DNA from: Alphaproteobacteria bacterium
GTDB taxonomy: Bacteria > Pseudomonadota > Alphaproteobacteria > CACIAM-22H2
Reading direction: 5' to 3'
Assembly (NCBI GenBank): GCA_016793045.1
Contig: JAEUKZ010000171.1
Coordinates: forward strand, 1 to 12,020
Length of the DNA stretch: 12,020 bases
The notes under the pieces are model-generated. The model had not been told where the DNA came from. It made no database searches and saw only the letters and a list, made by a program, of their open reading frames with translations. How positions within the stretch are numbered: the first letter of the stretch is position 1; the number at the start of each line of letters is the position of its first letter. This document shows, in pieces, positions 1 to 7,769 of the stretch. Made by a program: the position numbers and the translations under genes.

Positions 1-23
1 TCGACCGCCTGCTGTCGCGCTGA
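1..23 (+). CDS. 3' end of an upstream gene (last 7 codons, ...DRLLSR*). Product unknown. Genomic context with the following DmsC-like gene would fit an oxidoreductase Fe-S subunit, but this is a guess.
   Basis: An open frame runs to the window edge and ends at TGA 21-23. That stop lies 4 nt before the ATG of the next gene, suggesting translational coupling. Confidence 0.25.
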
Positions 24-27
24 TCCC

Positions 28-990
28 ATGCATCCAGCCTTCTCCGTCATCTTCTTCACCACGGCGTCGGGCGCCGGCTACGGCCTGCTCGCGCTTGCGG
101 GCATCCTCGCCCCGCTCGGGCTGATGCCGACCGACCAGCGCATCGGGACGATCGTGCTCGGCATCGCGATCGGCCTGATCACCGCGGGGCTGCTGTCGTC
201 GACGCTGCATCTCGGCCATCCCGAGCGGGCGTGGCGCGCCTTCTCGCAGTGGCGCAGCTCGTGGCTGTCGCGCGAGGGCGTGTTCGCCGTCGTCGCCTAT
301 GGGCCGATCGCGGTCTTCGCGTTCGGCTGGATCTTCCAGGCCCGGCTCGACGGCGCGATCGCCTGGGCCGGCCTCGCCTGCACGGTGCTGGCGATCGTCA
401 CGGTCTACTGCACCGCGATGATCTACCGTTCGCTCAAGCCGGTGCATCAGTGGTGCAACGCGCTCGTCGTGCCGAACTATCTGGCGCTCGCGCTGATGAC
501 CGGGGCGCTGTGGCTCGCGGCCCTGCTGTCGCTCGCCGGGTCCAAGAACGCGCTGGCCGCGGTGATCGCGCTCGCGGCGACCGCGCTCGCGGCGTGGCTC
601 AAGACGCGCTACTGGGCGTTCATCGACGCCACCCAGGCGGCCTCGACGCCGGAGAGCGCGACCGGACTCGGCGGGGGCGGCCTCGGCGCCGGCGGCAAGG
701 TCCGCCTGTTCGAAGCGCCGAGCACGGGCGCCAGCTACCTGATGAACGAAATGGGCTACCGCATCGCGCGCAAGCACGCGGCGCGGCTGCGCCGGATCGC
801 GCTGGTCGCCGGCTTCGCGCTGCCGCTGGTGCTGACCTTGCTCGGCCTGCTGGTGCCCGGCGCCGCCGGTGCCGCCTCCGCACTCGCCGCCGCACTGCTC
901 GCGATGGCCGGCGTGCTGGTCGAGCGCTGGCTGTTCTTCGCCGAGGCGAAGCACACGGTCACGCTCTACTACGGCGCGACGAGCGCCTGA
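28..990 (+). CDS. DmsC-family (DMSO-reductase-type) membrane anchor subunit. Polytopic membrane protein.
   Basis: The 320-aa translation is hydrophobic and multi-helical. The N-terminal stretch (HPAFSVIFFTTASGAGYGLLALAG ... STLHLGHPERAWRAFSQWRSSW) and the C-terminal motif (ERWLFFAEAKHTVTLYY) resemble, as I recall it, E. coli DmsC (MIFTVFGQCVAGGF ... SMLHLGSPMRAFNSLNR ... GRGVFYGLHMTV). Third-codon positions are strongly GC-biased. ATG at 28, stop TGA at 988-990. Confidence 0.7.
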   Translation: MHPAFSVIFFTTASGAGYGLLALAGILAPLGLMPTDQRIGTIVLGIAIGLITAGLLSSTLHLGHPERAWRAFSQWRSSWLSREGVFAVVAYGPIAVFAFGWIFQARLDGAIAWAGLACTVLAIVTVYCTAMIYRSLKPVHQWCNALVVPNYLALALMTGALWLAALLSLAGSKNALAAVIALAATALAAWLKTRYWAFIDATQAASTPESATGLGGGGLGAGGKVRLFEAPSTGASYLMNEMGYRIARKHAARLRRIALVAGFALPLVLTLLGLLVPGAAGAASALAAALLAMAGVLVERWLFFAEAKHTVTLYYGATSA

Positions 991-1007
991 GCACCGAGCA
1001 ACAAAAA

Positions 1008-1029
1008 GGGCGGGCCCTTGGGCCCGCCC
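1008..1029 (-). terminator. Rho-independent terminator hairpin serving the minus-strand tRNA-Thr. It may also stop the + strand DmsC-like gene, so could act in both directions.
   Basis: A perfect 9-bp GC stem (GGGCGGGCC at 1008-1016 pairs with GGCCCGCCC at 1021-1029) encloses a 4-nt loop. On the minus strand the hairpin is followed by TTTTTGTTG (complement of 1000-1007). Confidence 0.65.
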
Positions 1030-1033
1030 TGAA

Positions 1034-1108
1034 TGGTGCTGCTGGTGGGAATTGAACCCACGACCTACGCCTTACCAAGGCGTTGCGCTACCACTACGCT
1101 ACAGCAGC
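1034..1108 (-). tRNA. tRNA-Thr, anticodon GGT, 75 nt with encoded CCA.
   Basis: The reverse complement folds into a canonical cloverleaf. Acceptor stem is GCTGCTG/CAGCAGC, with U8 and A9. D-stem is GCGT/GCGC with a G18G19 loop. Anticodon stem is ACGCC/GGCGT with loop TTGGTAA, giving anticodon GGT. Variable loop is AGGTC. T-stem is GTGGG/CCCAC with loop TTCAATT. Discriminator A is followed by CCA. Confidence 0.9.
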
Positions 1109-1123
1109 ATGTCGCAGAAGTCG

Positions 1124-1165
1124 GGCGCCTATTTACACGGGACGCGCGGCCGACGCCAGCGTCTT
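1124..1165 (-). promoter_or_regulatory. Candidate promoter region for tRNA-Thr.
   Basis: On the minus strand a -10-like TAAATA (complement of 1130-1135) sits about 20 nt upstream of the tRNA 5' end. The -35 region is weak (TGGCGT). This is motif-by-eye only. Confidence 0.2.
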
Positions 1166-1188
1166 GCGTGGGCCCGTCGCCGGCAACG

Positions 1189-1689
1189 CTATTGCGAAGC
1201 GGCGGGCGCGTCGCCGGGCAGCGGCTGGCCGTCGTCGCTCGCGGCCGGGCCGACGGCCGGTCCCTGCGGGCGCAGGCGGAGCGGCGCGGCGCCTGCCGGC
1301 GCGCCGGCCGGCGGTGCCACCTGAGCCTGGCGGGCCGGCGGCGGCGGGGCGACCATCGACGCGGCGGAGGGCTGCGGCTGCGCCGGCATGAATTGCGGAT
1401 TGGTCGATTGCGGCGCGGTCGAGGTCTGGCCGGGCGGCGGCGGGGCCGCCACGAAGGCGTTGACCAGGCGATAGTCCTGGCCGCTCTGCGGCTGCGTGGT
1501 GCAATCCGCGGCGCGGCCGAGATTGCGATAGCAATAGACGGTCTGCTCGGGTGCCTGCGGCGCGCCGTGCACGCGCGCGCTCAGCCCGACGAAGCGGTCC
1601 GTGCTCGGGTAGGCGTTGGGGTCGGGATATCCGCAGGCGCCGAGAGTCGCCGCCAGCACGATCGCCGAAAGCCGGATCGTCATCCGCAT
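1189..1689 (-). CDS. Hypothetical lipoprotein with a proline-rich C-terminal tail.
   Basis: The N-terminus MRMTIRLSAIVLAATLGAC has a lipobox (LGA-C). AAGGAG lies 9 nt upstream of the ATG at 1687-1689. A cysteine pair (VYCY...AADC) follows, then a P/A/Q-rich low-complexity tail. I recognise no conserved domain. This is the 3' part of track ORF 1189..3108, whose upstream portion is an out-of-frame overlap with the thiolase gene. Confidence 0.6.
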   Translation of the reverse strand: MRMTIRLSAIVLAATLGACGYPDPNAYPSTDRFVGLSARVHGAPQAPEQTVYCYRNLGRAADCTTQPQSGQDYRLVNAFVAAPPPPGQTSTAPQSTNPQFMPAQPQPSAASMVAPPPPARQAQVAPPAGAPAGAAPLRLRPQGPAVGPAASDDGQPLPGDAPAASQ

Positions 1690-1877
1690 CGCTCGCTTCG
1701 CTCCTTGATCGAGAGGGCCGCATTCGGCGGCACCGTTCAGGGTCGGAGCATCGCAGATCGAGGTAAGCGACACGTTAACGCGAATTTGGCGAAACTTGTC
1801 CCCATCGGCCGGCCCAACGCCGGCGCGATCACCTTTTGAATTCAGACACTTGGCGCGGCGCCGGGCGACCGCCGCGG

Positions 1878-3045
1878 TCAGCGCAGCGGTTCGAGGATGC
1901 TGACGTAGTTGGCGACCGCGGCGCCGCCCATGTTGAACACGCCGGCGATTCCCGGATTCCTGACCTGCATGTCGCCAGCCCGGCCGCTTGCCTGCATCGC
2001 CGCCATGATGTGCATGGAGACGCCCGTGGCGCCGATCGGATGGCCCTTGGCCTTGAGCCCGCCCGAAGCGTTGACGGGCAGCTTGCCGTCCTTCTCCGTC
2101 CAGCCCTCGTTGATCGCGCGCGCACCCTGGCCCTTGGCAGTCAGGCCCATCGCCTCGTACTGGATCAGCTCGGCAATGGTGAAGCAGTCGTGCGTTTCGA
2201 CCAGCTTGAGGTCGCCGAGAGAAAGCCGCGAGGCCGCGAAGGCGCGCTGCCAGGCAAGCTCGCAGCCTTCGAAGGCGACGATGTCGCGCCGGCTCATCGG
2301 CAGATAGTCGTTGACGTGGGCGGTGGCGCGGAACGCGACCGCCTTCTTGAGCCCGAGCGCCGTGTTGAAGTCCGCCAGCACGAGCGCGGCCGCGCCGTCG
2401 GAGACGAGCGAACAGTCGGTGCGGCGCAGCGGCCCCGCGACGATCGGGTTCTTGTCGGACACCGTGTTGCAGAAGTCGAAGCCGAGATCCTTGCGCAGCT
2501 GCGCATAGGGATTGACCGAGCCGTTCTTGTGGTTCTTCGCGGCAATGCGAGCCATCGCGCTCGACTGGTCGCCGTAGCGCTGGAAGTAGAGCTGCGTGAT
2601 CTGGCCGAACACGCCGGCGAAGCTCTGGCCGGGCAGATCTTCCTCCTTCACGTAGGAGGCCTTCATCAGGATCGGGCCGATCTGGTCGCCCGGAGTCTCG
2701 GTCATCTTCTCGGCACCGACGACGAGGACGACGCGTGCCCGTTTCGCAGCAATGGCGTTGAGGCCCATATGGACCGCGGCCGAACCGGTGGCGCAGGCGT
2801 TTTCCACGCGCGTCGCCGGCTTGAACCGCCATGCATCCGATGCCTGCATGACCAGCGAAGCCGGGAAATCCTGCTTCACGAAGCCGCCGCCGAAATGGCC
2901 GACATAGATCTCGTCGACGTCCGACGGCGCGAGACCGGCGTCCTTGATCGCATCGGCGGCGACCGAGACGATCAGCTGCTCGAGGTCCTCCCCCGCGCGC
3001 TTGCCGAAACTGCCGTGCGACCAACCGACGATGCAACCACTCATG
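1878..3045 (-). CDS. Thiolase-family protein (acetyl-CoA C-acyltransferase / SCP-x-like thiolase).
   Basis: The translation carries the thiolase N-terminal active-site region (VENACATGSAAV), the C-terminal region (CSLVSDGAAALVLA) and NASGGLKAKGHPIGATG. I prefer the start at the ATG (complement of 3043-3045, MSGCIVGW...) because AAGGAG lies 6 nt upstream. The track start at 3071 lies upstream of that RBS. Confidence 0.8.
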
Positions 3046-3143
3046 GAACTCTCCTTCGCCCCGTTCGGCACAGCATAGCACCCGCCCGGGCGTCGCGATA
3101 TCGAGCACCCTGGGGCGGCATCCGCAAGCTCATTGCGCTGCTA

Positions 3144-3173
3144 CATATATTGGATGCACGCGGCGTCCATCAA
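3144..3173 (-). promoter_or_regulatory. Candidate sigma70-type promoter for the thiolase gene.
   Basis: On the minus strand, a -35-like TTGATG (complement of 3168-3173) and a -10-like TATATG (complement of 3144-3149) are separated by an 18-nt spacer. The region is locally AT-rich (ctacatatattgg) within a GC-rich genome. The -35 hexamer overlaps the histidine-kinase stop codon. Confidence 0.25.
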
Positions 3174-5212
3174 CCGCGCGGCGCGTCCGCGTTCAGGCGC
3201 GCCGCGGGCAGCGTGATGCGGACGGTCGTGCCGTGGCCGGGCTCGCTTTCGATTTCCAGCGTCCCGCCATGCAGTTCGGTGAGGCTCTTGGCGAGCGGCA
3301 AACCGAGCCCCGTTCCTTCGAAGCGCCGGCTCAGTGCGTCCTCGACCTGTCGGAACGGCGCAAGCGCCACCGGGATGTCGCGCGCCGCCATCCCGATGCC
3401 GGTGTCCGCGACGGCCAGCAGCATGTCGCCCGCCGCGGTCACTTCGGCCGAAACCTCCACCCGCCCTTTCGCCGGCGTGAACTTGACCGCATTCGACAGG
3501 ATGTTGAGCAGGATCTGCTTGAGGCGCAGCGCGTCGCCGCGAATGAGCGGCAGGCCCGACCGGACGCGGCGCTCGATCGCGACGCCGCCCTCGCGCGCGC
3601 GCACTTCGAGCAGCCGGACGCACGACTCGACGAGGTCCGCGACCTCGACGAGGTCGTCGTTGAGGATCAGCCGGCCGACCTCGACCTTCGAGAGGTCGAG
3701 AACGTCGTTGATCAGGTTGAGAAGATGTTCGCCCGCGCGGTGGATGTCGGCGGCGTACTCGCGATAGCGCGGCATGTCCTCGCCCATCAGCCCGTCGCGA
3801 ATCACCTCCGAGAAGCCGAGGACGGCGTTAAGCGGCGTACGCAGCTCGTGGCTCATGTTGGCGAGGAACTGCGACTTGGCGCGGCTCGCCATTTCGGCCT
3901 CCTCCTTGGCCAGCCGCAGCGCATGGTCGGCGCGGACCCGCGCGGTGATGTCGCGCGCGATCGTCGCGATGCCGATGATCGCGCCATTGGCATCGGTCAC
4001 CGGCGACAGCGTGAGCGCCACGAGAACGCGCGCTCCGTCTTTGCGCAGCCGCTCGGTCTCGAAGCGTTCGCTCCCGCCGCCATCGAGGATCCGGTCGAAC
4101 TGCCGGGCCGCCTCCTCGATGCGCTCGGGCGGGACGATCGCCTGGCCCGGCTTGCCGAGCATCTCCTCCGCCGGGTAGCCGAACAGCTTCTCCGCGCCGC
4201 GATTCCAGCTCGCGACGATCCCTTCGCGCGTGACACTGATGATCGCGTCGTCGGTGAGCTGGACGATCGAGGCCAGGCGGCGCATCTCGCCCTCGACGCG
4301 CTTGCGCTCGGTGATGTCGATCAGGACGCCGACGAGTCCGCCGATCGAGTTGTCCGGCCGCAGGAACGTCGCCTTGTGGAAGAGCATGTCGCGCGACGTC
4401 CCGTCGGGATACGGCAGCTGCGCCTCGTAGACCTGGACTCCAGGGTGGCGGAACAGAGCCTGGTCGGCGGCGTGATAGGTACCCGCGAATTCCTTCGGTG
4501 CGACCTCGTGGACCGTGCGCCCGATGAAGTCTGCCGCGCGCATTCCCAGCGTGCGCTCGAACGCCGCGTTGCCGCCGAGATAGGCGCCTTTCGTGTCCTT
4601 GTAGAAGATCGGGCTGGGGATCGCGTCGAGAAGCTGCTGCATGAAGTGCAGCTGCTCGCGCAGGGCATCCTCGCGACGATGCGGGATCAGCGCCACCCGC
4701 ACGAGGCTGCTCATCGTCTCGACGATCCGCCACTCCGCACGAACCGGCTCCCGCGGCACGCGATGATAGAGCGCGAATGCGCCCAGCACGGCTCCGGAAT
4801 TGTCGATGATCGGCTGCGACCAGCAGGCGCGCAGGCCGTGGCCGAGCGCGAGGTCGCGATAGTCCGCCCACAGCGGATCGCTGGCGATGTCGCGGACGAT
4901 GACGGCGGCCCGACGGTACATCGCCGTACCGCACGACCCTGCCGCCGGCCCGATCGGCTGACCGTCGATCGCCTGGTTATACGCAGCCGGAAGGCTCGGC
5001 GCCGACGCCAGCCGCATGCGGGTCCGGTCGGCTTCGAGCAGCAGGATCGAGCACATGGCCGGGGCGGCGAGGCGTTCGACCTGGACCGTGATCCTGTCCA
5101 ACGTGTCGGACAGCGGCGCGCCGGCTGCGATCAGCTCTATGATCTCGCTTTGCGCCGCAAGGAGATCGCGCTCAATCGGTCGGTCGGCGTCGGTCGCCAA
5201 TGATTGCGGCAT
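3170..5212 (-). CDS. Cytoplasmic sensor histidine kinase with GAF, two PAS/PAC, HisKA and HATPase_c domains. It has no transmembrane segments and no receiver domain.
   Basis: The 680-aa translation has an N-terminal GAF-like region. Two PAS-like regions follow (FYKDTKGAYLGGNAAFERTLG... and DDAIISVTREGIVASWNRGAEKLFGY...). The H-box is SHELRTPLNAV. ATPase N/G-box features are NILSNAVKFT, DTGIGM and GTGLGLPL. GGGGA lies 7 nt upstream of the ATG at 5210-5212. Confidence 0.85.
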   Translation of the reverse strand: MPQSLATDADRPIERDLLAAQSEIIELIAAGAPLSDTLDRITVQVERLAAPAMCSILLLEADRTRMRLASAPSLPAAYNQAIDGQPIGPAAGSCGTAMYRRAAVIVRDIASDPLWADYRDLALGHGLRACWSQPIIDNSGAVLGAFALYHRVPREPVRAEWRIVETMSSLVRVALIPHRREDALREQLHFMQQLLDAIPSPIFYKDTKGAYLGGNAAFERTLGMRAADFIGRTVHEVAPKEFAGTYHAADQALFRHPGVQVYEAQLPYPDGTSRDMLFHKATFLRPDNSIGGLVGVLIDITERKRVEGEMRRLASIVQLTDDAIISVTREGIVASWNRGAEKLFGYPAEEMLGKPGQAIVPPERIEEAARQFDRILDGGGSERFETERLRKDGARVLVALTLSPVTDANGAIIGIATIARDITARVRADHALRLAKEEAEMASRAKSQFLANMSHELRTPLNAVLGFSEVIRDGLMGEDMPRYREYAADIHRAGEHLLNLINDVLDLSKVEVGRLILNDDLVEVADLVESCVRLLEVRAREGGVAIERRVRSGLPLIRGDALRLKQILLNILSNAVKFTPAKGRVEVSAEVTAAGDMLLAVADTGIGMAARDIPVALAPFRQVEDALSRRFEGTGLGLPLAKSLTELHGGTLEIESEPGHGTTVRITLPAARLNADAPRG

Positions 5213-5296
5213 GCCGATCCCCTGACACGCGAGCGCGGCAGGTGCAGCGCCGCGCCCCTCCTAGGGCCGCTTCACCCAAATGCCCGCGCCTCGTCC

Positions 5297-5325
5297 ATCA
5301 TAGGCAAATCACGCCCGAGCGCCAA
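5297..5325 (-). promoter_or_regulatory. Candidate sigma70-type promoter for the histidine kinase gene.
   Basis: On the minus strand, a -35-like TTGGCG (complement of 5320-5325) and a -10-like TATGAT (complement of 5297-5302) are separated by a 17-nt spacer. This would give a 5' UTR of roughly 75-80 nt. Confidence 0.3.
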
Positions 5326-5366
5326 ATCGTTCACGTGCACGATGCAAGGCCGGCACACCGCGGTGG

Positions 5367-6647
5367 TCACTTCAGCCCCGGAACGCCGCCGTTGCCGCCG
5401 CCGCCCAGCTGCACGACCGCGTAGATCGCGCCGGCGATGACGATCGCGGCGGCGACCGCGCCGGCGATCTTGAGCCAGCTCCATGGCCGCTCTCCCTGGA
5501 CTTCGCCCGTGCGCCCGTTGACGACGAATCGGTAGGTCTTGGATTGATACTGGTAGGCGGCGAGCCAGATCGGCAGCAGCACGTGCTTGTAGGTGACACC
5601 GCTGTGTTGCGTGTTAACGCTGTGGATGCGCTGGTGGTTGCCGCCGATGTCGCGCCTGACGTCGCCACGGATGACCGCGTCCATCTTCGCGCGGCCCCGG
5701 GCAAAACCCTCGGTAAGGTCGACCTGATAGCGCTCGGTGCGGAACCCCGACAGGTACTCGTCGGCGAACGGCTTCATGTTGCCGAGATCCCAGGGCTCAA
5801 GCCGGTCCGTGATCGCCGCCGGCAGCGAGTTCGACGCCAGGACGAGGACATCGTCGAAATTGCGCGATACCGTGCCGCTCACAGGGGTCCAGCGCGTGCG
5901 CGTGACCGGCACGCGTTCCGTCGTCGTCTTGCCGTTGCGGGTGACGGTGCGGGTCTCGTAGGTCGTGTAGTCGTCGCCGCGTTCGCCCGTGTAGCTCGAG
6001 GTGGTGCTGCTGTCGAAGGTCCAGTAGGGCGTGTACATGCCGGCGAGGCCGGTGCCGTCCGCCCGCGCGTACTGTTTGAGCTTGCCGGGCGCGAACCACA
6101 GTCCCTTGAGCCAGGTCCGGAATCGCTCGCCGGCGTCGGCCGACGTGATCTTGAACGGCAGAACGCCGCGCGGCTTGAGCTGTTCGGCGCGCCGAATCTC
6201 GCGCACCACGGCGGAACCGCAGAACGGGCAGGCGCCGGAATCGAGCTTCGGATCGAGGGTGAATTCGGCGGCGCAGGACTGGCAGCGCGCGGTGTCGAGC
6301 GTCTCCATCTCCTGCTGGTCGCGCGTCGCCGCGATCGCGGCGGCGAAGTCCTGCTCCGCGACCGCCGGTCCGGCGGCGGCGATCGGATTGAGATGGCCGC
6401 AATAGTCGCATTTGAGCTGTTCGGCGCCGGGATCGAAGCGCAGCCACGCGCCGCACTGGGCGCAGGGGAACTGCCGCTCGCCATCCGGACCGATGCGCAT
6501 GGCGACGGGACGGGCCGCTTCGGCACCGTCCGCGGGGGCGCCGTCGTGCGCAGCGGCGGCCGGCACCCCCGATTCCGGAATCGCCGACGGTCGTGGCGGC
6601 GGAGCGCCGTCGCCCGCTGCCCGCTGCGGGGGCACGATATCGACCAT
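5367..6647 (-). CDS. Membrane-anchored protein with two zinc ribbons, the partner of the upstream SPFH protein. Function unknown.
   Basis: The first ~50 residues are P/A-rich and look disordered. Two CxxC-N14-CxxC zinc-ribbon motifs occur (FPCAQCG...KCDYCG and ARCQSCAA...ACPFCG). A Thr/Tyr-rich beta-like middle region follows. A single C-terminal transmembrane helix (WSWLKIAGAVAAAIVIAGAIYAVV) precedes a Gly-rich tail. The ATG at 6645-6647 lies 15 nt after the SPFH stop codon, so the two genes are probably co-translated. Confidence 0.7.
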   Translation of the reverse strand: MVDIVPPQRAAGDGAPPPRPSAIPESGVPAAAAHDGAPADGAEAARPVAMRIGPDGERQFPCAQCGAWLRFDPGAEQLKCDYCGHLNPIAAAGPAVAEQDFAAAIAATRDQQEMETLDTARCQSCAAEFTLDPKLDSGACPFCGSAVVREIRRAEQLKPRGVLPFKITSADAGERFRTWLKGLWFAPGKLKQYARADGTGLAGMYTPYWTFDSSTTSSYTGERGDDYTTYETRTVTRNGKTTTERVPVTRTRWTPVSGTVSRNFDDVLVLASNSLPAAITDRLEPWDLGNMKPFADEYLSGFRTERYQVDLTEGFARGRAKMDAVIRGDVRRDIGGNHQRIHSVNTQHSGVTYKHVLLPIWLAAYQYQSKTYRFVVNGRTGEVQGERPWSWLKIAGAVAAAIVIAGAIYAVVQLGGGGNGGVPGLK

Positions 6648-6662
6648 GACGCCTGGACGAGA

Positions 6663-7769
6663 CTATTGCGTCGGCGGCAGCGGCGGGGGCACGGCGGCGA
6701 AGATCGCCGTCAGGGCGGCAACGCCGCCCGCAGCGCTCCAGTTGGCCATGCCCTGCGTCCACACCAGGGTGTCGCGCGTCAGCCGGCCGGCCTGGACCTG
6801 GGCCTGCAGCTCGGCGAGGCCGTACGGTCCGGCCTGCTTGCCGTCGAGCGCGACGAAATAGCTGACCGCGCCGGGGATCGGCGGCGGCTGGACGCTGCCG
6901 GCGGCGGCGGCCTGCGACTGCGCGACGCCCTGGCCCATGTTCTGGGCCATCATCATGCCGAGCCCCATGCCCATGCCCCCGCCGGCGGGGCCGGGATTCT
7001 GAGCCGCCGCCTTGATCGCCTCGGCGGTCTGGAACTGGGTGTAGCGGTTGAGGTCGCCGACGACCCCCATGCTGGTGCGGCGGTCGAGCGCCTGCTCTAC
7101 CTCGGGCGGGAGCGACACGTTCTCGACCAGCATGTTGGTGATCTCGATCCCCATCGGATCGAACTCCGGCGCGAGCTTGCCGGTGATGATCGTTCCAAGC
7201 TCGTCCTGCTTGGTCGCGATGTCGAGGACCGGAACCTTGAGGTCGGCGAGGATGTTGGCGAGCCGCGCCACGATCATGTTGCGCAGCTGCTCGGTGATCT
7301 CGCCGGTGGTGAAATGGCCGTCGGTGCCCACGATCTCGCGGATGAAGGCGACCGGGTCCTTGACGCGCATCGCGTAGGTGCCGAAGGCGCGCAGACGCAC
7401 CGGGCCGAATTCCGGATCGCGCATCATCACCGGATTCTTGGTGCCCCACTTTAGGTCGGTGAAGCGGCGCGTGTTGACGAAGTACACCTCCGCCTTGAAG
7501 GGGCTGTTGAAGCCGTACTTCCATCCCTGCAGCGTCGACAGGATCGGGACGTTCTTGGTTTCGAGCGTGTACATCCCGGGCTGGAAGACGTCGGCGCACT
7601 GGCCTTCGTTGACGAAGACCGCCACCTGCGCCTGGCGTACGGTGAGCTGCGCGCCGTACTTGATCTCGTTCCCGTAGCGCTCGAAGCGGTAGACCATCGT
7701 GTCGTTGGACGAATCCAACCACTCGATGATGTCGATAAATTCGCCTCTGACCTTGTCCCAAAGACTCAT
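6663..7769 (-). CDS. SPFH/Band-7 (Band_7_1 / COG4260-type) protein with a Gly/Met-rich linker and a C-terminal GYF-like (DUF4339) domain.
   Basis: The N-terminal ~260 aa (MSLWDKVRGEFIDIIEWLD...YGAQLTVRQAQVAVFVNEG... through ...VENVSLPPEVEQALDRR) matches my recollection of the YdjI/Band_7_1 SPFH family. The linker is GGGMGMGLGMMMAQNMGQG. The C-terminal ~60 aa (SYFVALDGKQAGPYGLAELQAQVQAGRLTRDTLVWTQGMANWSAAG) looks GYF-like. I prefer the start at ATG 7767-7769 because GGGAGAG lies ~5 nt upstream. The track start at 7799 is a GTG upstream of that RBS. Confidence 0.7.
   Translation of the reverse strand: MSLWDKVRGEFIDIIEWLDSSNDTMVYRFERYGNEIKYGAQLTVRQAQVAVFVNEGQCADVFQPGMYTLETKNVPILSTLQGWKYGFNSPFKAEVYFVNTRRFTDLKWGTKNPVMMRDPEFGPVRLRAFGTYAMRVKDPVAFIREIVGTDGHFTTGEITEQLRNMIVARLANILADLKVPVLDIATKQDELGTIITGKLAPEFDPMGIEITNMLVENVSLPPEVEQALDRRTSMGVVGDLNRYTQFQTAEAIKAAAQNPGPAGGGMGMGLGMMMAQNMGQGVAQSQAAAAGSVQPPPIPGAVSYFVALDGKQAGPYGLAELQAQVQAGRLTRDTLVWTQGMANWSAAGGVAALTAIFAAVPPPLPPTQ

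Noticed and set aside
1189-3108. The single 639-aa minus-strand ORF spanning the lipoprotein and thiolase regions.
   Set aside because: Only its C-terminal third, from MRMTIRL with a lipobox and an RBS, looks like a real gene. The upstream part overlaps the thiolase gene in another frame and is R-rich. I split it and kept 1189..1689.
1836-3767. The 643-aa + strand ORF opposite the thiolase and histidine-kinase genes, and similar long ORFs in the track (3233..5203 +, 5544..7454 +, 5797..7761 -, 8920..10797 +, 10077..10817 +, 7917..8720 -, 1033..1839 +, 3828..4934 -).
   Set aside because: Their translations are arginine/alanine/glycine-rich and low-complexity, with no recognisable motifs. They lie antisense or out of frame to genes with clear domain signatures and GC3 bias. 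Long spurious open frames of this kind are expected in a genome with this GC content.
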